NCBI RefSeq assembly: GCF_009914755.1
Contig: NC_060935.1
Direction: 5' to 3' (one strand)
Source of the DNA: the human T2T-CHM13v2.0 reference genome, Homo sapiens
DNA length: 64,000 nucleotides
Positions within the stretch are counted from its first letter, which is position 1. Each line of letters starts with the position of its first letter. The translations under genes and the position numbers were made by a program. The notes below the pieces were generated by a model. That model did not search any database. It saw nothing but the letters and a program-made list of their open reading frames with translations, and was not told where the DNA came from. Positions 16,323 through 30,755 of this stretch are shown in pieces.

Positions 16323-18061
16323 CCTCTTTTCTATCTGTGGGTTATGTGAATGGTCATATTTTGATTATGAGGATACTAAAAAGGAAGATAATAATCTTGA
16401 TAGTTCCCAATATTTTTTTTCATTTCATTCAAAAGTGGAAACAGCACTGAACTACAAGTTAAGGAGATCCAGGCTTAACTTCCTCATCTGGCTGCATACA
16501 ATACTAAATGCTCGAATAGCCCTTCCCTCTGCAGAACAACCAGACACTGAATAGGAAACAGTTATTGATGAGTTAATGGGCTCAAATGAGGACACAAAAT
16601 AGGTGAGAAGTCCAAGGTACACTATCCCATCCCACTCTAAAAACAAAACTATTAAATAAGAGCAAAACGAAACAGAAAACAACTCTGAGATGAGGATAGA
16701 ACTGTCAGTGGAGAGCAGATGAAAGGAGCAGGGTGGCCCCAGGGACAGACGTCCTTATCAGATCTGTAATTCAGGTTCTGAGCCTTGTTCCAGCAGGAGG
16801 AGGTGAAACTGAGCCCCTGACTCCACTTGGAGCCACAATCCTTGAAGAGGTTTGAAGAAGTTCCAGGTCAGTGGCATTTCCAAGCTTCTGGAAGACACAA
16901 AAGAAATCCATTCTGGAAGAAAATATTCTCATGGTAAGACCATGAAATAAGCACACATTTAATATAGAGTACTATGAACTCTAAATCCAAGACCATCAAT
17001 TATGAGAAGGAAGGCTAACATGAGTGAGAATCAGAAAAAATAAACAACAGATTGAGAACACAAGGACTGTGGATATGAATATTGTCTGCTGCTTAAGATA
17101 GAAGATCCATGTATGAGCTCAAAATGAATGAAATACAAGTATGTTCTAACAATAACAGATTGTCAAAGATGCCCATACAGTTTCAAAACATAGCCAAATG
17201 AAACTTTTATAAATGAAAAATAGGACTACTGAAATAAAATACTTAATGTATGTGTTAAATAGTTGATTATATATAGCCAAAGAAAAAATTAATGACCTAC
17301 AGTATTTGTTGAAAGAAATTATTTAGGCTATAGCATAGAGAACTAGGGAACTGAATATATGAAAGAAAAATGAAGAGAAATGAATGCTAAAATAAAAATT
17401 CTAATATTTATATGATCAAGAGTTCCAGGAAGATAATAAAGAGAATGGAGGAGGATAAAAATTTATAGAGATTTTGGCAGATAGTGTTCTAAAACTGGAT
17501 GAAAACGTAGATTCAGGAAGCATCAATAATATAAAGTAGATCAAAAGGCCAAAAGTTGATTGTTTTAAAAGACCAGTAAAAAAGAAAAAAATTTAAGTAA
17601 ATTGATTGAGAATGAAAAAGAGATAAATAGTAAATAATATGGAGCCTGATAAAGGAGACATAATTATGTATGCAGTAGAATTAAAGGAATAACTTAATGA
17701 CGGCAAATTTAAACTCTAAAACAAAATGGAAAAAGTTTTAGAAAAATATAAATTACAAAATAATCTAAGAAGAAATAGGATGTTTGAATAAATCTACGCC
17801 TATTGAGAAATTAAGTAACATTTTAAGGTTTCTCTCAAAGCAAATACCAGATAATTTTATAGGCCAATTCTCCCAACCTATTCCAAATAGAATAGGTCAT
17901 TCCAAATTTATATAATCTTATATAAACTCCTTAAGATTTCTTAAAAGTACATACTTTGCAACTCACGAATATAGTGTAACCTTGAAATCAAGACTAGACA
18001 AGACAGAGAAAGAAAGAAAATGTATGGGTTAACCTCTCTCATCAACTTTTAAATGTAAACA

Positions 18062-18397
18062 TTTCTTTCTTTTTTCTTTTCTTTTCTTTTTTTCTTTTTT
18101 TTTTTGAGACAGAATCTTACTCTGTCACCTAGGCTGTATTGCGGTGGCGCGATCTCAGCTCGCTGCTGCCTCCTCATCCTCCTAGGCTCAAGGGATCCTC
18201 CCACCCCAACCTCCTCAGTAGCTGGGGCTACAGGCACAAACCACCATGTCCAGGGACTAATTTTTAAATTTTTTTGTAGAGATGAAGGGGATCTCGCCAT
18301 GTTGTCCAGGCTGGCCTCAAACTCCTGGCCTCAAACGATTCTCCCACCTCAGCCTCCGGAAGTGCTGGGATTACATGTGTGAGCCACCACATCCAGC
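18062..18397 (-). mobile_element. Alu (AluJ-type)
   Basis: ggctcaagggatcctcccacc J-type right arm; T-rich tail. Confidence 0.92.
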
Positions 18398-18399
18398 TA

Positions 18400-19011
<612 letters not shown>

Positions 19012-19199
19012 TCATCAGCCCCTACATTAAATGAGAAAATCTACACGTTGTCTCAGTAGATGTGGTAGAAACGTTTGACAATATTCAATATTCGTTCATG
19101 ATTTCAAGTAACAATTATAGGAAGGCATTTCCTTACCTCAAAATATTATTCTGAATGGGAAACATCAGAAGCGTTTCCCCGGTTCAGTTATTTTCTTAT

Positions 19200-20560
19200 A
19201 TTTAAATATTTTAACAGCTCTATTGAAGTATAATTGACATAAGATAAATTGCAAATACTTAAAGTGCACACTTTGATAAGTTTTGACATAAATATATGCC
19301 AATGAAACCATCACCACAATAAAGGTAACTAACACATCCATCATCTTCAACTTTCCTCCTGCTCTCCCAGCATCACCCTGCCCCCTTTCCCAAGCAACCA
19401 CTGATTTGCTTCCTGTCACTTTAGACTAGTTTGTCTTTTCCAGAATTTTACATAAATGAAATCACATATAATGTACCTTTTCGTGTCTGACTTCTCTCAC
19501 TCAGCATGCATAATTATTTTGAGGTGCATCCACGTTGTCGTATGAATCAGTAGTTTATATTTTTATAGCTGAGTAGTATTCCATAGTATGGATGTATGAT
19601 AATGAGTTTATTCTTTACCTGTTGATGAATATTGTCTCACTTTTTTGTTTTTGTTTATTACAAATAAAGCTGGTGTGAGCATTTCTGTGCAAGCCTTTGG
19701 AGATGTCCTTTCATTACTCTTGGGAAAATAGAGGTTAAGCATTCCTAACCCAAAAATTCAAAATCTGAAATACTCCCAAATCCAAAACTTTCAAAGCACT
19801 GACATGATGCCACAAGTGGAAAATTCCATATGTGACCTCACGTGACAGGTCTTAGTCATAACACAGTCAAAATTTTGTTTTTGTTTATAATTATTGAAAA
19901 TATTGTGTAAAATTACTTTAGGCTATGTGTATAAGGTGTATATGAAACATAAATGAATTTTGTATTTAGATTTGAGTCCTACTCCAAAGATTTCTTATTA
20001 TGTATATGCAAATATTCAAACATTCAAAAAAATTCAAAATCCGAAGCACTTCTGGTCTCAAGCATTTTGAATAAGGGATACTTCACCTGTACCTATCAGT
20101 AATATGATAGGGTTGTGTGATAGGCATATGTTGAACTATTTAAGAGGCTGATAACCTGTTTTCTAAAGTAATTATACCATTTTATATTCCCTCCAGGAGT
20201 ATATGAGGGTCCCAGTTACTCCACAGCCTTTCACACACTTGGTATGGGGCTTTTTTTATATGGTCTTTTTTATTTTAAACATTCTAATATGCAATTGTGT
20301 TTTTATTTGCATTATTCTAATGAATAACAATGCTGAACATCTTACAATGTGCTTATTGATACCTGTATATATATTTTTGATGAAATGTGTGTTATAATCT
20401 TCTGCCTGTTTTTATTGAATTTTTAAAATTACTACTGAGTTGAAAAAGTTCTTTTTATATTATAGATGCAAGTGCTTTACCAGTACCTTCTCCCAGCCTG
20501 TGGCTTGCTTTACATTATCTTTTGAAGAACAAAAGTTCTTAATTTTGAAGAAGCCCACTT
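19200..20560 (-). mobile_element. L1MC-like 3' end, interrupted by Tigger4
   Basis: acagctctattgaagtataattgacata...aaaccatcaccacaat 3'-end pattern, followed by ORF2 C-terminal-like sequence. Confidence 0.75.
19731..20089. mobile_element. Tigger4b/MER46-type TcMar DNA transposon
   Basis: Terminal inverted repeats (g)aggttaagcattcct / agggatacttcacctg flanked by TA duplications; ~360 bp. Confidence 0.8.
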
Positions 20561-20694
20561 TTTCACGCCTCTTCCCACACCTCTTTGTCACCAACTTTCC
20601 AATCATGGTCCAGCCAAGCCCCTGACCATCTAGCCTCACCATTGGCCACAGCCCATGAGTTGGTATATAATTGCACGACTGGCCACTTTCCTTC

Positions 20695-21373
20695 TGGGAT
20701 GGTTAATTTTGGTTGTCAACTTGACTGGATGAAGGACTATGTAGAGAACTGGTAATGCATGATTTCTGGGTGTGTGCATGGTGGTGTTCTCAGAGAAGAC
20801 TGGCACATGAGTCGATGAGCTGAGTGGGGAAGGTCCTCTCTCGATGTGACTGGTACCATCCAATCAGCTGGGGGCTCCAATAGAACAAATCGGTGGTTTC
20901 TTCTCTCTGCTAGAGCTGGGGTGCACTTTTCTTCTCCTGTCCTTGGACATCAGAACTCCAGGCTCTCTGGACTTTGAACTCTAGGACTTACACCAGCACC
21001 CCTCACCTCCCAGGTTCTCAGGCCTTCATTCTGTTAGGACTGAGAGTTACACCATGGGCTTTCCTGTGTTCTGAGGTTCTTGGACTTGGATTGAGGCATG
21101 CTCTCAGAGTCCCAGGGTCTCCAGCTTGCAGATGAATTCTCATGAAACTTCTCAGTTTCCATAATCACATGAGCCAGTTCCCCAAATAAAGCCCCTCACA
21201 TATATGGGTATATATGTAATACGTACATATATATGTGTGAATACATATGGATTTTATCCTATTCATGTACAATCATGTCTGGATACTTTCCTTCTGTGAT
21301 GGTTAATTTTGGGTGTCAACTCTATATATATATCTTGTTGGTTCCGTCTTTCTGGAAAACTCTGATTAATACA
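20695..21373 (+). mobile_element. MLT2B-like solo LTR inserted antisense into the ERV-L pol
   Basis: TG(G)GATGGTTAAT...GTCAACTTGACTGGAT start and TTAATACA end; 5-bp TSD CCTTC (20690-20694, 21374-21378); AATAAA and a (TA)n tract. Confidence 0.85.
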
Positions 21374-24252
21374 CCTTCCAAGCAAAATGAACAACTACGT
21401 GCACAGCTTGAATTCTGCTCCATGGAAAGATTTCCCCTCACCACTATTTTCAGGGGTGTCTCAGAAACGGGCTCTAGTACTGCAGTTGTCCATTCTGCAT
21501 GGTGCTTGTGTATCAGGCAGAATCGCCTGTAAACCAAGCCTGAGTTTTCTCTTCCTCCATCAACTGATTATGGGTAACTCCCCATGAGGCCATAAGTACA
21601 GGCTGGGAGAGAGAAGGCACTGTGGCAGGAGAGAAACTATAGGCATTTGGGCCACTTCTTCATGTAACTTACTTATACCTTCAACTTCAGGGTCTACTTG
21701 GGCCCAATTATGTTTATACCACTTCAATTTGGTAATGGAGTACCACTTTGTACACCCAGCTTTATGGCTTGTTCATCTGCCATAAAGCATAAATACTCAG
21801 CTCATAATGGGCAACTCAGATTGCAGGTGAACGTGGCTGAGCATTCAGTCTCTACTAAAAACCTGTTTCAAGCCAAAAACTGTTCCTCAAAAGGAGACTC
21901 ATGTGCATATGATGGCAGGGCTTTGCTTTAAAATCCCGAGTCTACACTGTGATACACCTTTAATATAAAGTCCTGAGTCAACATTGTGATATGCCAGCCA
22001 AACACTCCAGATAACATCTTTGTCTGACATTGACTCCCCAACAACCATTGGATCGGATGGATCACTGGGCCTAACTTGCAGGGCAGCTTTCATGTCAGTT
22101 TGGACCTGTCGCAGAGCCTTCTCTTGTTCTAGGCCCCACTAAGAAATAGTAGCTGTTTGGGTGATTCAATAAATGGATTGGAGTTACACATCCATATGAT
22201 AAATATTTTTTCTTCTAAATCTAGAGGGTCACTAGGCATTGTGCATAAGATATTTAGGGATATTTTGACATGTGTTACACAACTAGACTCCTAGAAATTT
22301 CAAGGATAGGGAAGACATCTGAATTTTTATCAGAGTTATTTCTCATCCTCTGACATACAAATGTATCTTAGCAATTAATCCACAGTAGCTGCCACTTCTA
22401 ACTTACTAGATCCAATCAACATAATATAATCATGCCATCAATGTAAGGGACCTGTGCAATGTCTTGGTGAAAGGAAAAGTGATCAAGATCTCTGTGGACT
22501 AAATTATGACGTAGGACTGGAGAGCTGATACACTCCTGAAATGAGAGAGTGAAGGTGTATTGCAAGTTGAAAGTAAATGGCTGCTAGTGGTCTTTAGTAA
22601 CACGTATGGAGAAAAAAACATTTTCCAGCTTAATAACTGTATACCAGGTGTCAGGGTTTATGTCAATTTTTTCAAGCAAGGAAATAACATCTGGAATAGC
22701 AGGTGCAATTGGGATCAGCACCTGGCTGAGTTTATAATAACGCACTGCATTCTCCAAGGTCTGTCTGTTTCAACTTTCCAAACAGAAGAGTGGGAATGTG
22801 GTGAACATCACCCCCCAGCCCCCAAACTCAAGTCCTTGAAGTGGCACCAATCTCTGAAATCCTTCAAGGGATGTGGTATTGCTTTTGTTTGACTATTTTC
22901 CCAGGGATCCTGCCAGCTGCTGAGATGTCCATTCCAAGTATGCATTCCCGGACTGCAGAAATAACTACAGTGTGGACCCATGGTGAGATGTACCTTAGCT
23001 AAAACTTCATTGATCACCTGATCTCCATAAGCCTGTACTCTGACTGAAGGGCCACAGTGACATTTTGGGTCTCCTGGAATTAGTGACAGTTTAGAGCCAG
23101 TGTTTAGTAATCCTCCAAAAGTCTGATCATTTCCTTTTCCCCAATGCATAGTTACCCTGGTAAAACTGGGTCAGTTTGGGAATTGATTGAGGGGCCATAA
23201 CTCTGTTCTCATGATTCAAGTTATTAGACTTCTCTTCACTTGCTGTAGAACTCTTCCGCTTAATTTAGTAGACTGCCCATCTATTTTATTTTATTTTTAA
23301 GGACAACAATCAACTAGTGATACCATAGGTCTCTGTGGGTTAAACTATTCTGCTTGCTGCTTTTACTCTGCTATCCATAATGGTAGCCACATGGACCTCA
23401 TTTTTGGTGATTAAGTGCCACCACTTGGCCCCTTCTACCCTGTGATCCAGTTCTCTCTGGATCTTGCAATCTCTTACATTGCATGTAAGTATCCCGCCTC
23501 TGAGGTAGCGGTTCCTACTGTTATTTCTGGCCTGCAGAGAAGAGTGACTACAGACCTCTTGAAGGATGCTAGGGCTACCTTCACAATTTATTTCTCATAG
23601 TTGTGAAAATCATGTCCCTTGGACCTTCCCAGGGTGGGTAAGCAGGGCTTATTTGATAAATGCACTCTGAAATTCTAATCTCCCCAAGCCTTTGGGTACC
23701 TTCCTGTACCGCATAGCAAGGAAGAAGTCCTTCACTTAGTGTTAGCCCACTTTTGGCTCATGCTCCAGCCAACCAACCAAACAAACATTTAGAGCCTTGT
23801 CTAACCCCTTGAGCTATAGCTTTGAATCTAGATTCTGCTCAGAGAGCCCGTATCAATAAATTTAGCCTGATGCAACTTTATGTTCCCTTTACCATTTTCC
23901 CACATGTTTAGTATTCATTCACACATGTATTCTGCAGGTTTCTGCGTGTATTAATTTAAAACACATCCGCTTCATTTGGAGTGTAGCATACCACCTCATG
24001 GGTCATACCTTGCATTGCACCCTTTGAGGCCTGCTGGGACTTGAATCTAGCTAAAGGCCTAGAAGCAAAGAAGGGTGGTGGGACGGTTCTGAGGAGAGTC
24101 AGCAGTGTCTTACAAGGCAATTGCCTGGGGAGGACATTAAGCTCCCTCAGGAAAAGCAGGGCTAACCTCCTCATACAAAGGTGGGAGGGCTGCTGCTTCT
24201 ATTGGCAAAGAAGATTCAGTGGAATTTAAGGGTCAGATATCCCCAGCTTCAT

Positions 24253-24757
24253 GGGCCTGTTAGGAACCAGGCTGCACAGCAGGAGGTGAGTGGTAGGCAA
24301 ACCAGCAAATCTTCATCTGTATTTATAGCTGCTCCCCATTGCTTGCATTACTGCCTGAGCTCCACCTCCTGTCAGTGGCATTAGATTCTCACAGGGGTGT
24401 GAACCCCATTGTGAACTGCGCATGTGAGGAATCCAGGTTGAGCACTTCTTATAAGAATCTAACTAATGCCTGATGATCTGTCACTGTCTCCAATCATCCC
24501 CAGTGGGACTGTCTCCAGTCATCCCCAGTGGGACTGTCTGGTTTCAGGAAAACACACTCAGGGCTCCCACTGTTTCTACATTATGGTAAGTTGTGTAATT
24601 ACTTCATTATATATCACAATGTAATAATAATAGAAATGAAGTGCCTAATTAATGTAATGCCCTTGAATCATCCCAAAACCATCCCACCCTAAGGGTCCAG
24701 GGAAAAATTGTCTTCTGCAAAACAGGTTTCTGGTGCCAAAAATGTTGGGGACCACTG
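24253..24757 (+). mobile_element. MER1A-like hAT-Charlie element, missing one end, inside ERV-L
   Basis: ggcctgttaggaaccaggctgcacagcaggaggtgag...ggtgccaaaaatgttggggaccactg; internal 25-bp tandem duplication at 24483-24532. Confidence 0.8.
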
Positions 24758-24905
24758 ACATTAACACTTCAAGTTCATTTACGCTGAGCTTGAGCTGGGA
24801 ATTTGGAGCCCTGAGATTAAGCTCATCCTTTTCCTCACAGTTAGGAGCAAACAACTAGCTTCATTATACTAGTTAGCTGAACTAAAATGTTCTAAGGACC
24901 AAATA

Positions 24906-24935
24906 TTAGGTTGGTGCAAAAGCAATCGTGGTTTT
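24906..24935. mobile_element. MADE1/Hsmar1 single terminal inverted repeat
   Basis: TA + ttaggttggtgcaaaagcaatcgtggtttt matches the mariner TIR. Confidence 0.7.
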
Positions 24936-25234
24936 AATACATGGTCCCACAGAATCTCACCTTTTATTATAGGTGTGTGATTTGAGGTGTCCAATGGTGG
25001 TATTTTGCATTTTGCATCTGTCTGTTGCCACATCATGGCATGGACTATCTGTGCCCTTCTTCCATAGGAGTGTTATTAGTGCCTTTAGATAGTGTTAGAT
25101 AAGACAACCAACTCCGGAAGCCCTAGGAACAATTCAGAAAACTCACCATTAAGATTTCGTTCCTCTAGAGCCACTCACTCTTGATACTAAGATATATATC
25201 AGTCAGGGTTCTCCACAGAAACAGAACCAAAAGT

Positions 25235-25740
25235 TGTATTAAAGCAGGAACCTGTGCACTGGTTACGACTTCAGCCCCCCGCATCCTGGCCTGCAGTTTC
25301 TACTGCTTGCACAAATCACACAACAAGCCCAGTGAAGCAGCTTCATCACTCTTCGGTAGGCAGCATGAAGCCACAGAAGCTTAGGATTTATGGCACGCTG
25401 CTCTCCCATGCCTCAGAAAGCTGCCCAAAAGATGGAATCTTTTCTGTGTGTGCTCAGCTTTGCACCACCGCTGAGGGACCCTGGAAAGCAGTCTGCTCTG
25501 GGGTTTATACCCTGGGGCCCACATGGATTTCATACCTTGGAGGCAACATTAGACGCTGGGCTAAATCACTGTAGGACGTCCTATTCTAGGAGGGAAAGGA
25601 ACAGCCCAGGCTGTTCTGGCAAATTCTTTTTTAGCTCATGTTCTTGCATTCTCAACACACTTGAAAGTCATTTTTGATAACTACAAGCAAAAAAGGGGAA
25701 GAGAACTGGGTAGGTCAAAGGCCTCCAGGAGATGGAGGAT
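25235..25740 (-). mobile_element. Putative ERVL-class solo LTR (MER54/73/74-like) inserted in MLT2
   Basis: Begins TGTATTAA, interrupts the MLT2 LTR, and has a minus-strand CCCAGGGTATAAA TATA motif; family not certain. Confidence 0.45.
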
Positions 25741-26030
25741 GTAAGTATGTATGTACATACATACATAATATTATATATATAATATTACTGTCCTGTTTTA
25801 TATATGTATATATATTACTATCCTGTTTATATATATAAAATATTACTGTCCTGTCATATATATAACATATATAAACATGTTTTTATATATACACATATAT
25901 AAACATATATGTTTTATTATATATATGAAACAGGACAGTAATATTATATATAAAATATTACTTTTATAAAAACAAATATATAAAATACCTATAAATATAT
26001 AAAATTGATGTGTGTGTGTGTGTGTATATG
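25741..26030. repeat. AT-rich low-complexity tract with direct and inverted ATATTACTGTCCTGT units, ending in (GT)n
   Basis: Read directly. Confidence 0.9.
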
Positions 26031-26032
26031 TA

Positions 26033-26160
26033 TCTGAGACAGAATCTCACTCTGTCATCCGGGATGGAGTGCAGTGGTGGTATCACAGCTCACTGCAACC
26101 TCCACCTGCTGGCCTCAAGTGATCCTCCCTCCCATCTCAGCCTCTTGAGTAGTTGAGACT
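26033..26160 (-). mobile_element. AluJ/FLAM-type monomer fragment
   Basis: gagacagaatctcactctgtc...cctcaagtgatcctcc...ctcagcctc. Confidence 0.8.
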
Positions 26161-26827
26161 AAAGAAGTCGATAAATATTTTTACATATAAATTATCTGTC
26201 TACCTGTCTAGAGATTTATTGAAGGAAATATGTCACAGAGTTTTGGGGCTGGCAAGTTTGAAATCTGTAGGGCAGGCCTTAGGTAGGAGTTGATGCTGCA
26301 GTCTTGAGGCAGAATTTCTTCTTCTCCAGAAAACCTTTCAAAGTTCTTAAGGTCTTTCAAGACTGTGGATGAGATGCAACTGCATTTTCAAGGGTAGTCT
26401 CCTTTATCTAAAGTCAGTTGATTGTAGATGCTAACTGCATCTACAAAATACCTTCACAGCGACACCTAGATTAGTGTTTGATTAAATAACTGAGTGCTAT
26501 AACCTAGCCAAATTGATGCATAAAACTAACCATAGCATCATTAAATACTTTTTCTACATCTATTGAGATAATCATATGGTCTGTTGATATGGTGAATTAC
26601 ATTGATTAATGTTGCAGTGCAAGCCCCACCTTGGATTCTTGGGATAAGGCTCCTTCAGTCACAATGTATTATCCTTTTTTAATATATTACTAGATTTAAT
26701 TGGCCACAATTTAAATAATTTTCTTTCATTTGTGTTTATGAGGGATGGCTATAACCTCATTATGTGTGTGTGTGTATATACCTCATCTTGTGTATACACA
26801 CACAGACACACACACACACACACACAC

Positions 26828-27330
<503 letters not shown>

Positions 27331-27374
<44 letters not shown>
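27331..27374. repeat. (GT)22 microsatellite
   Basis: Perfect dinucleotide run. Confidence 0.97.
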
Positions 27375-27377
<3 letters not shown>

Positions 27378-28735
27378 ATTTTTTTTTCTTGTAATGTCTT
27401 TTGTTTGGAAATCAGAGTAATGCTATCCTTATAGAATGAGTTGAGAAGAAGTCCCTCATTTTCAATTTTGTGCCATTATTCTCTTGGGTGCCCTGCTCCA
27501 AAATTGCCTAATGGTGCTCCTTTCAAATTGTGTTCCAGCTTTTTTTCTTGATTAGTGTTAGAATGTTATGCAGTGTTCCATGTATTTACTCTTAACACAT
27601 TTGTGTTAATATATCTAAAGTGGGTTTTCATAGGTAGTTTATAGTTAGTTCTTGCTTTTTTAAATCAAATATGTCAACCTCTGCCTTTTAATTAGGATGT
27701 TTAAACCACTAACATTTATTATAATCATATATGATGATTTTAAATCTGCCATCTTGCTATTTATTTTTCATTTTTTCCATCTATGCTTTGTTTTCTGTTT
27801 CATTTTCTTGGATTGTGAGCATTTTAACTATACCAGATTGTCTCCTGTGTTGCTTCATTTGCTATAATTTATTAGTGTAGTTTTAGAGTTTATAGTATAT
27901 ATATTTAACTAAATAACATCTCCTATCATGTAATGTCATACCACTTTACATAGAGTTTAAGAGAATTATAACAGTATCTATGGATTTCTCTATTTTTGGC
28001 TGTTGTTATATTGTCGTTCTACATTTAATGTCAGCATATCTTCTGAGCCCTAGAATATATTTATTATTATTTTCTGCTTTAAAGAGATTCAAATAATAAA
28101 AATAGATTTTATATTTATCCATGTGGTTGCCATGTCTAGAGGCTCTTAATTTCTTTGTGTGGATCCACATTTCTTTCTGATATAATTTTCTTTCTGCCTA
28201 AAGGACTTCCTGAATGTTTTTTATAGCTCAGCTCTGTTGGAAATAAAAACTTTTACCTTTTGTATGCCTGAAAAAGTCTTTACCTGTGAAATATGTATTT
28301 TCTGTCTGTAGAATTCTAGGTTGAAAGTTTTCTCTCTTAGTACTTTAAAGATATTGCTTCACATTCTTCTGGCTTTCATTGTTTCTGACTAGAAATCTGC
28401 TATCATCCTTAGCTTCATTACTCTGTATAAAATATGCTTTAAGTTTTTTCTTAAATTTGGTTTTTAGTAATTTGATTATAATGTGGCTTTATGTAGTTTT
28501 CTTCTTGTTTCTTGTGCTTAGGGTTTATTAAGCTTCTTGGATCTGAGATTTTAGAGTTTTTATCAGATTTGCAATTTTTGGACCATTATTATTCAACTCT
28601 TTTTCTGTCCCCTAAATTCTCTCCTTCATACACTCCAAAAGATGCATATATGAGCCTTTGACATTGCCACGCAGCTCGCTGATACTCTGTCTATACCCAT
28701 CCTTCTGTCAGGGCTCAGCACCATTTCCTTTGTTC

Positions 28736-29150
28736 TGTGGTGGGCAGGTAGACGCAAACCTATCCCCAACAACGGAAGGAGCTGAGAGGTCAAAGGAAGA
28801 GGCCGACAAATCCAGCTTCTCAAGAAGTAACATTCCATAGGGACTTACAAAGAAAAACTACCTCTCAGACAGCCGAGAGTTGGTGAGTCCCCACACCCAC
28901 TCTGAAGAAAGTATCTTTTTTTTTACAGTAAGCTTTTAGGGTAAAACATGTTGCAGCTGGTCATGCCTCAGACTTTCTTGCAAAACTTGTGACCACTGGA
29001 GGGGTTAGATAAATATCTTTATGAAGGGTTACCTATGCTTCAGGCAGTGTTTCTTCATGAGGGATTTTCTATCCTAGGGGATTCCTTGGAATGCAGCAGT
29101 CTAACATTGCTCATCATGGTGAATTCACTTCAAGACGGTTTGACTCTTTC
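28736..29150 (-). mobile_element. LTR47-like ERVL solo LTR
   Basis: tgtggtgggcagg...gcaaacctatcccc...gagctgagagg...gacaaatccagcttctc...atagggacttac resembles the recalled LTR47 consensus. Confidence 0.5.
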
Positions 29151-30344
29151 CATGCAATTGGCTGTTTTCCTATAGCTATAATCCTTTCAAGTGTGTTTTT
29201 CTCTCTGGGCATGGTAGTTTCTTTCTTGCATTCACCGATTGGTACTCAGTTGAAGATTTGTAACTATCCAGAGTCCTTTCTGTTAATCTTTCTCTTCTGC
29301 AGTGCTCTGTGAACTGCAGCCATCTTGGCCTTCAGACTTTAGTCCATCTTCTTCACTCAGGGAAACTACCTATTTCTCTTTGCAGTGTGACCTGGAATCT
29401 CTCTTCAGGCCATTAGCAGGGTAATTTTAGAATTCACCTGGTTTGTTTTTGTACCACAGGGATGATTTTGTTTTGTTGTTTAATGTCCATTGGCTCAGGA
29501 AGCATTGTTTTGTATATTATTTTCTGGTTGTTGTAGGAATGAGAATAGGGTGATCTTGCTCCACTTTTATCAGTCATGGAGGTCCTGTTTGCTTCCTACT
29601 CTTGCATAAATCACCCTTTCTGTATGTTAGGCCTCAGATGTACAGGATTGAGTTAATCGTTCTTTGCAGTTCATGCTAGTCAACTTTGGCATATGTAAAA
29701 ATCCTCTCATTTTAATTTTCCGTTTTTACTTTTGACCCCTACTCTCATTTCTTTCCTTTACCATAGGTAATCATTTTAGTGGGTTTATATGTATATTTTT
29801 ATTGAGTCTTACAAATATATATTGCAGATTTCGGGGTATATTTTAAATGTATAAAAATGCCATTAATATGTAATCACTCTTTAAAAATGATTTATTACTT
29901 AGCACTGTCTTTAAGGTTCATTCATATTACCATGTATACATGTAGTCTATCACTGCTCTCTGATGCAGTAAACCATTGTATGCATCTACCATATCTAAGC
30001 AGTTCTCCTCCTAGAAGCGAACACTCAGCTTTTCTTCAATATTCTATCACAAAATAATATTGGGATTAATATCCTTGTCCACTTTCCCTTATAGACCTGA
30101 GTGAGAAAACTGCCAGTTTCACTCTTATAGCATCTAAGTGTCCTCTTCTTCCCACACATAGAGTAAAACTCTTCTTTAATAACTCAAAGTCTCATTCAGC
30201 TAATGCATCTGGTTCAAAATATAGGTCACTTGGATGATGCTTATTTCTTTCCATCATATCTTATTATAGCTTCTTATAGCTTACTAATAAAAAATGGCAA
30301 AGTACATTCATCCCAATACTTCACACTCATCATGAAATAGTGGA

Positions 30345-30755
30345 TTAATGTGATCGCCTATTGTCTTTGGAAATTCGTTCTCTCTTCCATTTAATAATAG
30401 AGTTTTAGGCAAGCACATGGGCACTCAGCTACAGAACATATTATCTAAACTTTCCTGCAGCTAGATGTGGACATGTGACAAATTTAGGTCAATGCGACAT
30501 ATGCAAAAGCAATGTGTGCACAGTTTCCGTTACCACCTCGGGGACAGGACACTTGTAAGCTGGAATTGACAACAACTCAGATACAAAAAGAGAAGCAACA
30601 GTGATGTATTAAGGATAACAGCTCTGACCTGTCACCATAAGGCCATGGGTTGCCTCTTAGAATCTGCTTTCTTTGGAAAATTAATGCAGAACAATATAAA
30701 CTTCCATTTTGGGATATTTTTGCTATAACAGCTTTATCTATATCTTTACCAATGA
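30345..30755 (+). mobile_element. LTR33-like ERVL LTR remnant
   Basis: cctgcagctagatgtggacatgtgacaaatttaggtcaatg motif. Confidence 0.45.

Larger units (their letters stand above)
20560..25192 (-). mobile_element. ERV-L (HERV-L-like) internal region, 3'-truncated gag-pro-pol remnants
   Basis: ORF 22808-23149 has the degenerate protease motif GLLNTGSKLSLIPGDPK; ORF 21899-22093 DPSDPMVV...DVIWSVW resembles ERV-L pol; adjoins an MLT2 LTR at ~25193. Confidence 0.85.
25193..26537 (-). mobile_element. MLT2 (MLT2D-like) 5' LTR of the ERV-L, split by later insertions
   Basis: tcagtcagggttctccacagaaacagaacc (25193-25234) resumes as agagatttattg...ggctggcaagtttgaaatctgtagggcagg...aactaaccatagca (26210-26537). 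Confidence 0.8.

Noticed and set aside
20560-25192. Domesticated ERV-L gene
   Set aside because: Only short fragmented ORFs; the protease catalytic Asp is replaced (LLNTGS); several insertions interrupt it
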